Below, piece after piece: positions 17,213 to 25,695 of a stretch of 25,695 nucleotides of DNA. The notes under the pieces were generated by a model that saw only the letters and a list, made by a program, of their open reading frames with translations, searched no databases and was not told the origin of the DNA. Numbering within the stretch: position 1 is the stretch's first letter; every line of letters starts with the position of its first letter. Source of the stretch: an uncultured Bdellovibrionales bacterium (GTDB lineage: Bacteria > Bdellovibrionota_C > UBA2361). The stretch is from NCBI GenBank assembly GCA_964612045.1, contig CAZTER010000001.1:1-25695 (forward strand), given 5' to 3'. The position numbers were made by a program, and so were the translations under genes.

Positions 17213-19405
17213 GTGGGATGCTTTAATTTTGATAGAAATGAAGGCGAGGCTCGAGCTGCGCTAATTCGTCTTTTAAAACGTAGTGGAATGATCTCAGCCA
17301 AAGAAGTCCTAGACGATCATCAAAATGATCTTGGACCGATTGCCTACCTAGCTGCGAGTAATCTTATAAATGAAGATAACGCTGTTAACTATGTCGCAGA
17401 GCAACTTGGACTTAAGATATTCAATCCCGATCCTAGCTCCGCAGCGCTATCAACAACACTTCTGGACGATCCTAAACTAAAATCGATCTCTTTATCTGAC
17501 TGGCGAATTATTCGAGCAGTTCCTGTTAAAATCGAGAAAGACTTAATCTGGATTGCATTCTCAAACCCGCTAGATCTTGATGCTCGTTCAAGATTGGAAT
17601 TTGTACTCCAGAATAAAATTCAATTGATGGTAGTTAAAGAGAGTTATGTAAAAAAGATCCTAAGTCGCCAAGGAGTAGGATCTGATTCCTTTGAATTAGA
17701 TGAAATTCTAAGCACCGCAAGTGGAGATATGTCTCGCGCTAGGACCTCTAGCGAATCGCATGTGATAGATCCAGCAGTTTTTGGTGACGACTTAGAATCT
17801 CCTCCGGTTATAAGGCTTGCTAATAAAATCTTATCTGAATCTGTAGAGCGTGGGGCTAGTGATATTCACATTGAACCAGAGAAAGGTGGGTTAAATGTTA
17901 AAAATCGTATCGATGGAATAATTCACCAGCTATTTACTGTACCTCAGCAATTACAGAGTCCAGTGATATCGCGTCTTAAACTTCTAGCCGGGATGGATAT
18001 ATCCGAAAGAAGAAAACCGCAGGATGGGCGGTTTAGAATTAAAACCTCTTTAGGAATAAGAGATTTAAGAGTCTCATCTGTTCCTACAGTATATGGTGAA
18101 ACACTTGTAATTCGAGTTCTCTCCTCTGATATCAACAAACTAGAGTTTGAATCTCTAGGAATGCCATTAGAGATTAGCGAGATATTAACCAAAGCACTTC
18201 GTGGATCCTCTCGCGTAATCTTAGTCACTGGACCAACAGGAGCAGGAAAAACATCTACCCTATACAGCTGCATACAATACTTAGCAGATGGAGAGAGGAA
18301 GATTATCACAATAGAAGATCCTATTGAGTATAGAGTTGGTGGCATAAACCAAATTCAAGTTAATCCAAAGATCGGCCTAACTTTTGCGGAAGGTCTAAAG
18401 ACGATCGTACGACAGGATCCTGATGTAGTAATGGTTGGTGAGATTAGAGATCAAGAAACTGCAATGATAGGAATGCAGGTAGCACAGACCGGACACCTAG
18501 TAATCTCATCATTTCATACCAACACTGCACCAGCAGCCGTTACCAGATTGAGGGATTTTGGAGTTGCTCCATATGTCTTATCGAGCGCACTAGGAACCAT
18601 AGTGGCTCAAAGATTAGTACGAAAACTTTGTAATCTATGCTCAAAAGAGCCAAGTAACGAAGATCAACAAAAACTAAAAAATCTCGGGATAGATCCAACA
18701 CATTCTAAGTCTCCGCAAGGATGCTCTGAATGTAATCAGATCGGATTCAAAGGAAGAATAGGAATATATAGCATATTAGATATCTCCGAGGATGTAAGAG
18801 AAGCCATTAGAACCGGAGCAAGCGAAAGAGAGATCGTAAAGTTAGCCTCAAAAGGTGGATATATATCTCTCGAAGAATCCGCACGCAGAATGATTGCTTC
18901 AGGAACAACTACATTAGGAGAAGTTGAACGAGTTCTTGGTCCTCTAGCAAATTCAGAAGAAGAAAAAATCCAAGGTCGAAACAACCCTAGGGAAAAATCC
19001 GATACTAAAGGAGCTCCTCTTAATAAGCGAAAGGTCTTACTTGTTGAAGACAGCGAAGACACCAGAGCTGTCTTAGAGATGCTACTCAAAAGAGAGTTCT
19101 ATGAGGTAGTTACAGCCGAAGATGGATTTTCTGCTCTGGAGAAAGTTTTTGCTGAGATGCCAGAGCTAATCATAAGCGACCTAATGATGCCTAGGATGAG
19201 CGGATTAGAGATGCTGCAGAAGCTTCGAAATGATGTCCGCACGCGAGACATCCCAGTTCTCATGCTAACAGCAGCTGGAGATGAAGAGAGTGAATTAAAG
19301 ATGATTCACAGTGGAGCAGATGATTTTGTAAGGAAAGGGAGCGATACAAAGGTTTTACTAGCTAGAGTTCAACGACTATTGAACAAAAGCCCTGCGACTA
19401 CCTAA
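17213..19405 (+). CDS. GspE/PilB-family secretion/pilus ATPase fused to a C-terminal receiver (REC) domain
   Basis: ASDIHIEP, PQDGRF, Walker A GPTGAGKT, TIEDPIEY, Walker B PDVVMVGEIRD, His box, CNLC...CSEC zinc motif. C-terminal LLVED...IISDLMMP...LTA...K receiver with intact Asp/Thr/Lys. GTG start with GGGGA SD. Confidence 0.93.
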   Translation: MGCFNFDRNEGEARAALIRLLKRSGMISAKEVLDDHQNDLGPIAYLAASNLINEDNAVNYVAEQLGLKIFNPDPSSAALSTTLLDDPKLKSISLSDWRIIRAVPVKIEKDLIWIAFSNPLDLDARSRLEFVLQNKIQLMVVKESYVKKILSRQGVGSDSFELDEILSTASGDMSRARTSSESHVIDPAVFGDDLESPPVIRLANKILSESVERGASDIHIEPEKGGLNVKNRIDGIIHQLFTVPQQLQSPVISRLKLLAGMDISERRKPQDGRFRIKTSLGIRDLRVSSVPTVYGETLVIRVLSSDINKLEFESLGMPLEISEILTKALRGSSRVILVTGPTGAGKTSTLYSCIQYLADGERKIITIEDPIEYRVGGINQIQVNPKIGLTFAEGLKTIVRQDPDVVMVGEIRDQETAMIGMQVAQTGHLVISSFHTNTAPAAVTRLRDFGVAPYVLSSALGTIVAQRLVRKLCNLCSKEPSNEDQQKLKNLGIDPTHSKSPQGCSECNQIGFKGRIGIYSILDISEDVREAIRTGASEREIVKLASKGGYISLEESARRMIASGTTTLGEVERVLGPLANSEEEKIQGRNNPREKSDTKGAPLNKRKVLLVEDSEDTRAVLEMLLKREFYEVVTAEDGFSALEKVFAEMPELIISDLMMPRMSGLEMLQKLRNDVRTRDIPVLMLTAAGDEESELKMIHSGADDFVRKGSDTKVLLARVQRLLNKSPATT

Positions 19406-19447
19406 GTTTTAATCCCTATTTTATTGGAGCCATAACTGGAAGAGAAG

Positions 19448-19846
19448 ATGAACGACCTATTAGTGGATAGAAATATCTCAATCTTAATTGTAGATGATAC
19501 ACCTGCAATGAGGAAAATTATCAAGAACTGTTTAAAGCAACTCGGCTTTGGAAATATTACAGAAGCAACAGATGGGTCTTCAGCAGTTGCTCAGATCGAA
19601 CAAAGTAAATTCGACCTTGTTATCTCAGAACATCAGATGCCAGATATGAGCTCATTTGAACTACTAAATCAGATCCGGAATAGCTCATCAAATAACACCC
19701 TACCATGTGTTGTAGTAGCTGCCAGCACAGAGAGGCCTCAGGTTAAAGGGCTAGAGACAATGCCAAAGACGGCTGTTGTTATGAAGCCTTTTACATACGA
19801 CATCCTTAATCAGAAGCTTAGTGCTCTCTTTAAGGATATGAGCTAA
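19448..19846 (+). CDS. Single-domain CheY-like response regulator, atypical (Glu at phosphoacceptor site)
   Basis: ILIVDD, CLKQLGF..ITEATDG, DLVISEHQMP (canonical D is E), VVVAAS (canonical T/S is A), KPF. Confidence 0.88.
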   Translation: MNDLLVDRNISILIVDDTPAMRKIIKNCLKQLGFGNITEATDGSSAVAQIEQSKFDLVISEHQMPDMSSFELLNQIRNSSSNNTLPCVVVAASTERPQVKGLETMPKTAVVMKPFTYDILNQKLSALFKDMS

Positions 19847-19926
19847 AATAGTCTAATTAAAAGATAGCAACACGCCCCTGCAATCCTATTGCATGTCCAT
19901 CATCTCTCGTGCGAAAACTCTAGCCT

Positions 19927-22584
19927 ATGACAGAAACTCCCGAACATCATCGCTTATCGGAAGATGCAGCCCGCACAGCAAACTGGAAACGCTGGGGAAC
20001 ATATCTCTCTGAAAGACAGTGGGGAACTGTAAGAGAAGACTACTCTCCTGATGGTTCCTGCTGGGACTATTTTCCACATGAACATTCAAGATCAAGAGCA
20101 TATCGTTGGGGAGAGGATGGTCTTCTAGGAATCTCAGACCGAGAATGCCGTCTATGTTTCTCTTGGGCTTTCTGGAACGGAAGAGATCGAATCTTAAAGG
20201 AACGGCTATTTGGACTTAATGGCCCGGAAGGAAATCACGGAGAGGATGTTAAAGAGTTATACTACTATCTAGATGCAACTCCGACTCACTCCTACTCCAA
20301 AGCACTCTATAAATATCCGCAAAATGAATTTCCTTATCAAAGATTAATCGATGAAGGTAGAGATCGAGGAAGAGATAAAGATGAGTTTGAGATTACAGAC
20401 ACAGGACTTTTTGATCATAACCAATACTTCGATATATCTGCTGAATACTGCAAAAACTCCCCGAACGATATCTTAATTAAACTAACCGTCAAAAATTGCG
20501 CTGACAAACCAGCGATGCTTACAGCACTTCCTACCCTCTGGTTTAGAAACACCTGGGCTTGGGGAAGAAAGGGCAAAGAGGGTTATACCAGCAAACCAAC
20601 GATTGCTGCCCTTAACTGCGAGCAATTAATTACAGAACATGAGACATTAGAGAAATTTGTACTAAATATAGATCCAGAGATTAGTGGCCTTCATAAAGAA
20701 CCGATCTTCACTGAAAACGAAACAAACATAGCAAAACTCTTTAAGAGTCAGATGGCTCATAACTTCGTGAAAGATTCGTTTCATGAATATATAATCAACA
20801 ACCGCACAGATGTTATTAATCCAGAACTGCACGGAACAAAGGCAGCCTTCGTAGTCTCGATGATGCTTGAAGCCAACGAGACAAAGGTCATTAGATTACG
20901 ACTTTCAGCAACCAAGGAGCTTCCTGGCACTCCTTTCGGTGATGACTTTGATAAGATCTTCAGCGAAAGAAGCAAAGAAGCAGATTTATTTTATCAAACT
21001 CTCTATCCACCAAACATTCCACATCAAGAACAACAGGTTTTTAGACAGGCTTATGCTGGACTACTGTGGTCTAAACAGTTCTATCACTATTCAGTACGAG
21101 AATGGATAGAAGGAGATCCAACTCAACCGGCGCCAGATAGAAAATCCGCAAGAAACACTGACTGGCAATCTCTATATAATAGAGACATCATATCCATGCC
21201 CGATAAATGGGAGTATCCATGGTATGCCGCATGGGATCTAGCATTTCACATGGTCCCTTTTTCTAAGATCGATCCAAACTTCGCCAAGGATCAACTTCTT
21301 CTCTTCCTTCGCGAATGGTACATGCACCCAAATGGTCAGATTCCAGCATATGAGTTCGCTTTTTCTGATGTTAATCCTCCAGTACATGCCTGGGCTGTTT
21401 GGCGAGTATATAAAATAACTGGCAAGAAGGGAGAACGCGATCGAACCTTCTTAAAGAGAGCTTTTCAGAAACTCCTACTTAACTTCACTTGGTGGGTTAA
21501 TCGCAAAGACGTATCAGGAAGAAACCTATTCTCTGGTGGATTCCTTGGATTAGATAACATAGGTGTATTCGATCGCAGCCAACCACTACCAACTGGTGGA
21601 TACTTAGAACAAGCTGATGGTACTGCATGGATGGCATTCTTTTGTGGAACTATGCTTTCGATAGCCCTTGAGCTAGCGAGTGAAGACCCATCTTATGAAG
21701 ATATGGCATCAAAGTTCTTTGAGCATTTTATCGCGATTACAGATGCGATGAACCATTTCGGTGGAACTGGCTTATGGAACCAGGAAGATGGATTTTATTA
21801 TGACCAGCTGCAGCTGCCATCTAAAGCCGTCCATCTAAAGGTAAGATCACTAGTTGGAATCATTCCACTTCTTGCTGTTGAGGTTTTAGAAGATTCAATA
21901 ATTCAGAGACTTCCTGGCTTTACCAAGAGAATGTCATGGTTCATCTCTCAGAGAGAAGATCTAGCTAGACATATCTCTTATATGACTCATCGTGAAGTAG
22001 ATGGAAAAACTCTCAGTCTCTTGGCAATTCCAAATGAAGACAAACTAAGACAGATCTTACGATACATCTTAGATGAAGATGAATTCTTCTCTCCTTACGG
22101 GGTAAGATCTCTATCTAAAGTTCACGAGAAACACCCTTATGTGTTCAGAACCGAGAAGCAAGAGTATCGAGTCGCATACGTCCCTGGAGAATCAACCACT
22201 GCAATGTTTGGTGGAAATTCAAACTGGAGAGGCCCAGTTTGGTTCCCTATTAATTATCTAATAATTGAAGCTTTAGAGAGATATCATCACTTCTATGGAG
22301 ATGACTTCAAAGTAGAGTGCCCCACCGGCTCAGGCAATATGATGAATCTAAAAGAGGTCAGCCGAGAGATGGCAAGAAGAATGTCTGCCATCTTTTTACC
22401 AGACCAGAATGGCAAACGTCCTTGCCATGGTGACTGCAACCTATATTTAAATTCTCCAGAATGGCAGGAGTTAATACTATTTCACGAGTACTTCCATGGA
22501 GACTCTGGAAAGGGACTCGGAGCGAGTCATCAAACCGGCTGGACAGCCTTAGTAACTCGCTGCCTAGAGCGGCTAGCGTGGTAG
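19927..22584 (+). CDS. Glycoside hydrolase family 63-like (MGH1-like) glucosidase
   Basis: WKRWGTYLSERQWGTVREDYS, GNHGEDVKE, SMPDKWEYPWYAAWDLAFH, FLGLDNIGVFDRS, NSNWRGPVW, FHEYFHGDSGKGLGASHQTGWT. Confidence 0.9.
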   Translation: MTETPEHHRLSEDAARTANWKRWGTYLSERQWGTVREDYSPDGSCWDYFPHEHSRSRAYRWGEDGLLGISDRECRLCFSWAFWNGRDRILKERLFGLNGPEGNHGEDVKELYYYLDATPTHSYSKALYKYPQNEFPYQRLIDEGRDRGRDKDEFEITDTGLFDHNQYFDISAEYCKNSPNDILIKLTVKNCADKPAMLTALPTLWFRNTWAWGRKGKEGYTSKPTIAALNCEQLITEHETLEKFVLNIDPEISGLHKEPIFTENETNIAKLFKSQMAHNFVKDSFHEYIINNRTDVINPELHGTKAAFVVSMMLEANETKVIRLRLSATKELPGTPFGDDFDKIFSERSKEADLFYQTLYPPNIPHQEQQVFRQAYAGLLWSKQFYHYSVREWIEGDPTQPAPDRKSARNTDWQSLYNRDIISMPDKWEYPWYAAWDLAFHMVPFSKIDPNFAKDQLLLFLREWYMHPNGQIPAYEFAFSDVNPPVHAWAVWRVYKITGKKGERDRTFLKRAFQKLLLNFTWWVNRKDVSGRNLFSGGFLGLDNIGVFDRSQPLPTGGYLEQADGTAWMAFFCGTMLSIALELASEDPSYEDMASKFFEHFIAITDAMNHFGGTGLWNQEDGFYYDQLQLPSKAVHLKVRSLVGIIPLLAVEVLEDSIIQRLPGFTKRMSWFISQREDLARHISYMTHREVDGKTLSLLAIPNEDKLRQILRYILDEDEFFSPYGVRSLSKVHEKHPYVFRTEKQEYRVAYVPGESTTAMFGGNSNWRGPVWFPINYLIIEALERYHHFYGDDFKVECPTGSGNMMNLKEVSREMARRMSAIFLPDQNGKRPCHGDCNLYLNSPEWQELILFHEYFHGDSGKGLGASHQTGWTALVTRCLERLAW

Positions 22585-22725
22585 GTTATCTGAATATACA
22601 TAATAATTTTTCTTTAATATTTACATATAGTTATTATAGATAATTGCCGACTCTCGGTTGCTTAACTATCGCCGCAGCGATAACATTCCCGACTCTCTTT
22701 TCTACTCAAAAAATTGTAGTTTTAT

Positions 22726-23514
22726 ATGTTTGCACATCTCAAAGCACACCCTAGATTTTTCTTCCCACAGACTCAAACTGCGGATCACAAAACAACACCA
22801 CCTACCGAAGCTGACTCCCCTCTTTCAACAAGCAGTTTCAGTAGTGGCATAGAATTCAAAGTTACTCCGGGCCTCGTTAGAATTAAGAACGAAGATCTAA
22901 CTCCAGTTGCCTTGCCTGGCACTGAGAAATTCTGCGCACCGACTAATCAAATTAAAGCTCTATCAAAACTCCGCGGATCAATCGAATGGAAAGGCGACTT
23001 AGTTCCTGAAGCCGTAATTAAACTTGCTGCACAAGCACCAGATAAACAGACATTTCGATACGCTGGCTATATCTACTCTAAGCCTCCTACAAATCTCGAA
23101 ACAGAAACTCCATTCTCTAATGCGCGTCACCTATTCTCAAAGGCTCCAGATCCACGACAGCTCTGGACATCTCAGCAAGATGCGACATCTGAAGTTGAGC
23201 GTCTATTAACAGAGGACTCTAATTTACTTCACCAATACCTTACACGATTAGAAACGTTAGATTTAAGCACCAGCAATAGATCGGCTCTTCTTCCATGCTG
23301 GTTAAAATCATTTGATGATTCAATTTCAGGTGGTGATAAGTTATCAGACTGGAACAAAGAGCTGATTACGCTCATCCCAGGTCAGGAATCTTGGAAATTA
23401 GAGATCAAACCTAGAGAAGACCGATCAGGCTTAGAGATCTATCTCTCTACCGAGAGAGCACAAAGAGGACAAAAACAACTCGTAAAAGTGGCTGAATTTA
23501 ATCAATCAATTTAA
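22726..23514 (+). CDS. Hypothetical protein (262 aa)
   Basis: Long ORF filling the gap between GH63 and GH57; Thr/Pro/Ser-rich N-terminal segment; no clear SD, start uncertain. Confidence 0.65.
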   Translation: MFAHLKAHPRFFFPQTQTADHKTTPPTEADSPLSTSSFSSGIEFKVTPGLVRIKNEDLTPVALPGTEKFCAPTNQIKALSKLRGSIEWKGDLVPEAVIKLAAQAPDKQTFRYAGYIYSKPPTNLETETPFSNARHLFSKAPDPRQLWTSQQDATSEVERLLTEDSNLLHQYLTRLETLDLSTSNRSALLPCWLKSFDDSISGGDKLSDWNKELITLIPGQESWKLEIKPREDRSGLEIYLSTERAQRGQKQLVKVAEFNQSI

Positions 23515-23560
23515 ATCGTAATAAGTACGCTGCAACCCTAACTTATTAACGTAACGTAAA

Positions 23561-24745
23561 TTACAGAGCTTTTTCAATCCACCGTTGAAAATCGCGCAAC
23601 GTATTCATATAGAAGCTAAATGCCTCATACGGACTATCATATGGACTAAAGTAAGCGTGAACATCTCCATCAGCGAACCACTTGGTACACATATAATAAA
23701 AGTGATCCGAGGTGAGAAGTTTTCTCCATATATGCAATAGCGACTCATTACCACTCGCTCTCAACTTAGGACCTAATTCAAAGGCATCGTGTAGAGCTCG
23801 CTCCTGCATCCGATTACTTCGCCACGCAGAGATATCTCGCTCTGTATCAGCCCAAGAGGTTAATCGGGTATAAGGCAACTCTCCTACTACAGGGAATTTG
23901 GATGTCACTTCAGTCGGTGTAAGGAACGACCAATCTGGATGCTTTAAAAGATACTCTGGAAACCGCTCTAGAAATTCAAAGATTCCAGAGTCTGCCCATT
24001 GATGCTCACCAAATGTTTCATAATCCATGAACAATCCGACAGTATCACCACTCCCACTTAAGCGATGAATCCAAGAGGCATAAGTTTCAGCACTTAGTGG
24101 ATGACACTCCCATCCCTTATTAGAGAATCGGAAAGCTACGTCATCTGATAATTTATAATTCTTAAGTAGTAAACGAAGATCCGACCCTGGCACCTTATAA
24201 ACAAAATTTGGACTACGCCATCCAAGCACATCATCCCAGCCTTCAGCTAAAACTGTCTCATACCCGATACTATTCGCTAATGAGCCTATATACTCATTAA
24301 ATATAAGCTCGGTATTTCTAAAAACTCTTGGAGTAACTCCAAAAACTCTCTGAATAAGCTCACGATGCAATCGAGCTTGAGCACGAAACTCATCTTGGTC
24401 ATACAAAGCAGCAAGAGAATGATAGTAAGTCTCTCCTATTAGCTCGACATTCCCCGTATCAACTAAGCGCTTGAAGCTATCAAGCACCTCGGGCGCAAAC
24501 TGTTGCATCTGCTCGATAGCAACTCCAGTAATCGAATATGAAATCTTAAATTGATCACCATGTTTTTTAATCAACTTAAGCATGGCGTTATTGGTCGGCA
24601 GATAGCATTTTTCTGCCACCTTCTTCATTACGGCGCCATTTTTAACATCATCAAAATAACTATGATCAGATTCGATTGAAGCAAAAGGAACTGTTTTCAA
24701 CCTATACGGTTGATGTACCTGGAAGTAAAAACAAACTGCTGGCAC
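23561..24745 (-). CDS. Glycoside hydrolase family 57 (alpha-amylase-like)
   Basis: FQVHQP, ETYYHSL, FRNTEL (Glu nucleophile), FMDYETFGEH (Asp acid/base), SDHFYYM; GTG start with GAGGT SD. Confidence 0.93.
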   Translation of the reverse strand: MPAVCFYFQVHQPYRLKTVPFASIESDHSYFDDVKNGAVMKKVAEKCYLPTNNAMLKLIKKHGDQFKISYSITGVAIEQMQQFAPEVLDSFKRLVDTGNVELIGETYYHSLAALYDQDEFRAQARLHRELIQRVFGVTPRVFRNTELIFNEYIGSLANSIGYETVLAEGWDDVLGWRSPNFVYKVPGSDLRLLLKNYKLSDDVAFRFSNKGWECHPLSAETYASWIHRLSGSGDTVGLFMDYETFGEHQWADSGIFEFLERFPEYLLKHPDWSFLTPTEVTSKFPVVGELPYTRLTSWADTERDISAWRSNRMQERALHDAFELGPKLRASGNESLLHIWRKLLTSDHFYYMCTKWFADGDVHAYFSPYDSPYEAFSFYMNTLRDFQRWIEKAL

Positions 24746-24775
24746 AGCACCTCTAATTCAGCAAAAATACTTAGC

Positions 24776-25695
24776 TTAAAACTGCAACGAACGGTAACAA
24801 TCTAACACCTTGGAAGCAGAAAAATCCCATCTTAGAGTACGGATCTCTTGTTTTGCCATACTATTCATATCCTGTTGCAACTCTTCGTATAGCAACACAT
24901 TCACCATCAGATCTGCCATCTTATCGATATCCCAGAAATCGACCTTCAACGCATGTCGTAGAACTTCAGAGACTCCGGACTGTTTAGATATAATGACAGG
25001 CGTTTCATAACGAATCGCCTCTAACGGAGCGATACCAAATGGCTCTGACACTGAAGGCATTACATAGAGATCCGCGGCGGAATACATCTGCTCTACCTCT
25101 ATACCACGAAGGAAACCGGGAAACATAAAGTGTTGAGATATTCCAAGCTCTGAGGTGCGATGAACCAATCGATCCAACATATCACCTGAGCCAGCTAGAA
25201 CAAACAAGGCATTAGGAACACGCGCAACTACCTTCGCCGCTGCCTCAACAAAATAATCTGGCCCTTTTTGAAAGGTAACTCGACCTAGAAAAAGAACTAC
25301 CTTCTTATCTTTTAATTCAGCTGGACGATCAAAACTTCTACGTCGTCTATCATACACTCCGTTATGAACAACCGCGATCTTCTCATCGCCAACAGAGAAG
25401 CACTGTTGAATGATAGACTTAGTATAATAACTAACAGCGATTACAAGATCTGCTTCATGAACTCCCTGTCGCTCAATCTCGAAGATCTCTTGATTAACAT
25501 TAGATCCACTACGATCATATTCAAGGCTATGAACATGAAAAACAAACGGCTTACCTGATAACTTTGAGAGAGCAATAGCTGCTGGTACTGTCATCCAATC
25601 ATGTGCATGAATAACATCAAAATCTAGAGATTCCACCTGAGAGACAACCTTACTGGCGTAACGCTGCACCTCATCAAACATATCGAAACCATAAT
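24776..25695 (-). CDS. Glycosyltransferase family 4 (glycogen-synthase-like, Bacteroidetes/archaeal type); 5' end outside the window
   Basis: VIHAHDWMT, HVHSLEYDRS, FLGRVTFQKG, YVMPSVSEPFGI.PLEA (EX7E). The frame stays open upstream of the ORF-track ATG (...YGFDMFDEV) to the window edge. Confidence 0.92.
   Translation of the reverse strand, partial: YGFDMFDEVQRYASKVVSQVESLDFDVIHAHDWMTVPAAIALSKLSGKPFVFHVHSLEYDRSGSNVNQEIFEIERQGVHEADLVIAVSYYTKSIIQQCFSVGDEKIAVVHNGVYDRRRRSFDRPAELKDKKVVLFLGRVTFQKGPDYFVEAAAKVVARVPNALFVLAGSGDMLDRLVHRTSELGISQHFMFPGFLRGIEVEQMYSAADLYVMPSVSEPFGIAPLEAIRYETPVIISKQSGVSEVLRHALKVDFWDIDKMADLMVNVLLYEELQQDMNSMAKQEIRTLRWDFSASKVLDCYRSLQF

Noticed and set aside
13229-22947. Similar peptide in two orphans (TALAVPGESAF-APTN at 13229-13273 and TPVALPGTEKFCAPTN at 22900-22947)
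   Set aside because: About 9 identities with a gap and no flanking similarity; compatible with chance. A profile alignment would be needed to revive it.
4312-25558. Remaining short ORF-track entries nested in recognised genes (e.g. 4312-4611, 7625-7918, 7693-8019, 16142-16471, 17944-18345, 18736-19089)
   Set aside because: Overlap well-supported CDSs, with no recognisable family or clear RBS.
1-25695. tRNA/rRNA genes, transposases, integrases, defence systems
   Set aside because: No cloverleaf or rRNA signatures, terminal inverted repeats or matching protein motifs seen by eye; tRNAscan, Infernal and DefenseFinder not run.

Overview
A 25.7 kb bacterial chromosomal window, moderately AT-rich. 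GroEL/GroES, RF1 and the PilB-type ATPase look like those of delta-proteobacterial/Bdellovibrionota-type organisms (an impression, not a database result). No mobile element, CRISPR array, tRNA or rRNA is visible. Recognisable genes are prfA-prmC, an S66 LD-carboxypeptidase, groES-groEL with a terminator, methylmalonyl-CoA epimerase-sua5, an RmlC-family epimerase, a GH63-like glucosidase and a GT4-GH57 alpha-glucan pair. A TPP riboswitch controls a TonB-dependent receptor plus thiamine pyrophosphokinase, and a GspE/PilB ATPase is fused to a receiver domain. About seven orphan ORFs lie between these genes, including an edge-truncated Pro/Thr/Glu-rich surface protein absent from the ORF track. 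Most notable: (1) an intact beta-lactamase-family protein with all three catalytic motifs degenerate, next to an apparently active LD-carboxypeptidase; (2) a stand-alone PilB-REC fusion followed by a CheY-like protein with Glu at the phosphoacceptor position; (3) a 96-aa protein resembling type III secretion needle-type helical hairpins, alongside effector-like orphans; (4) a TPP riboswitch whose aptamer contains the ribosome-binding site.
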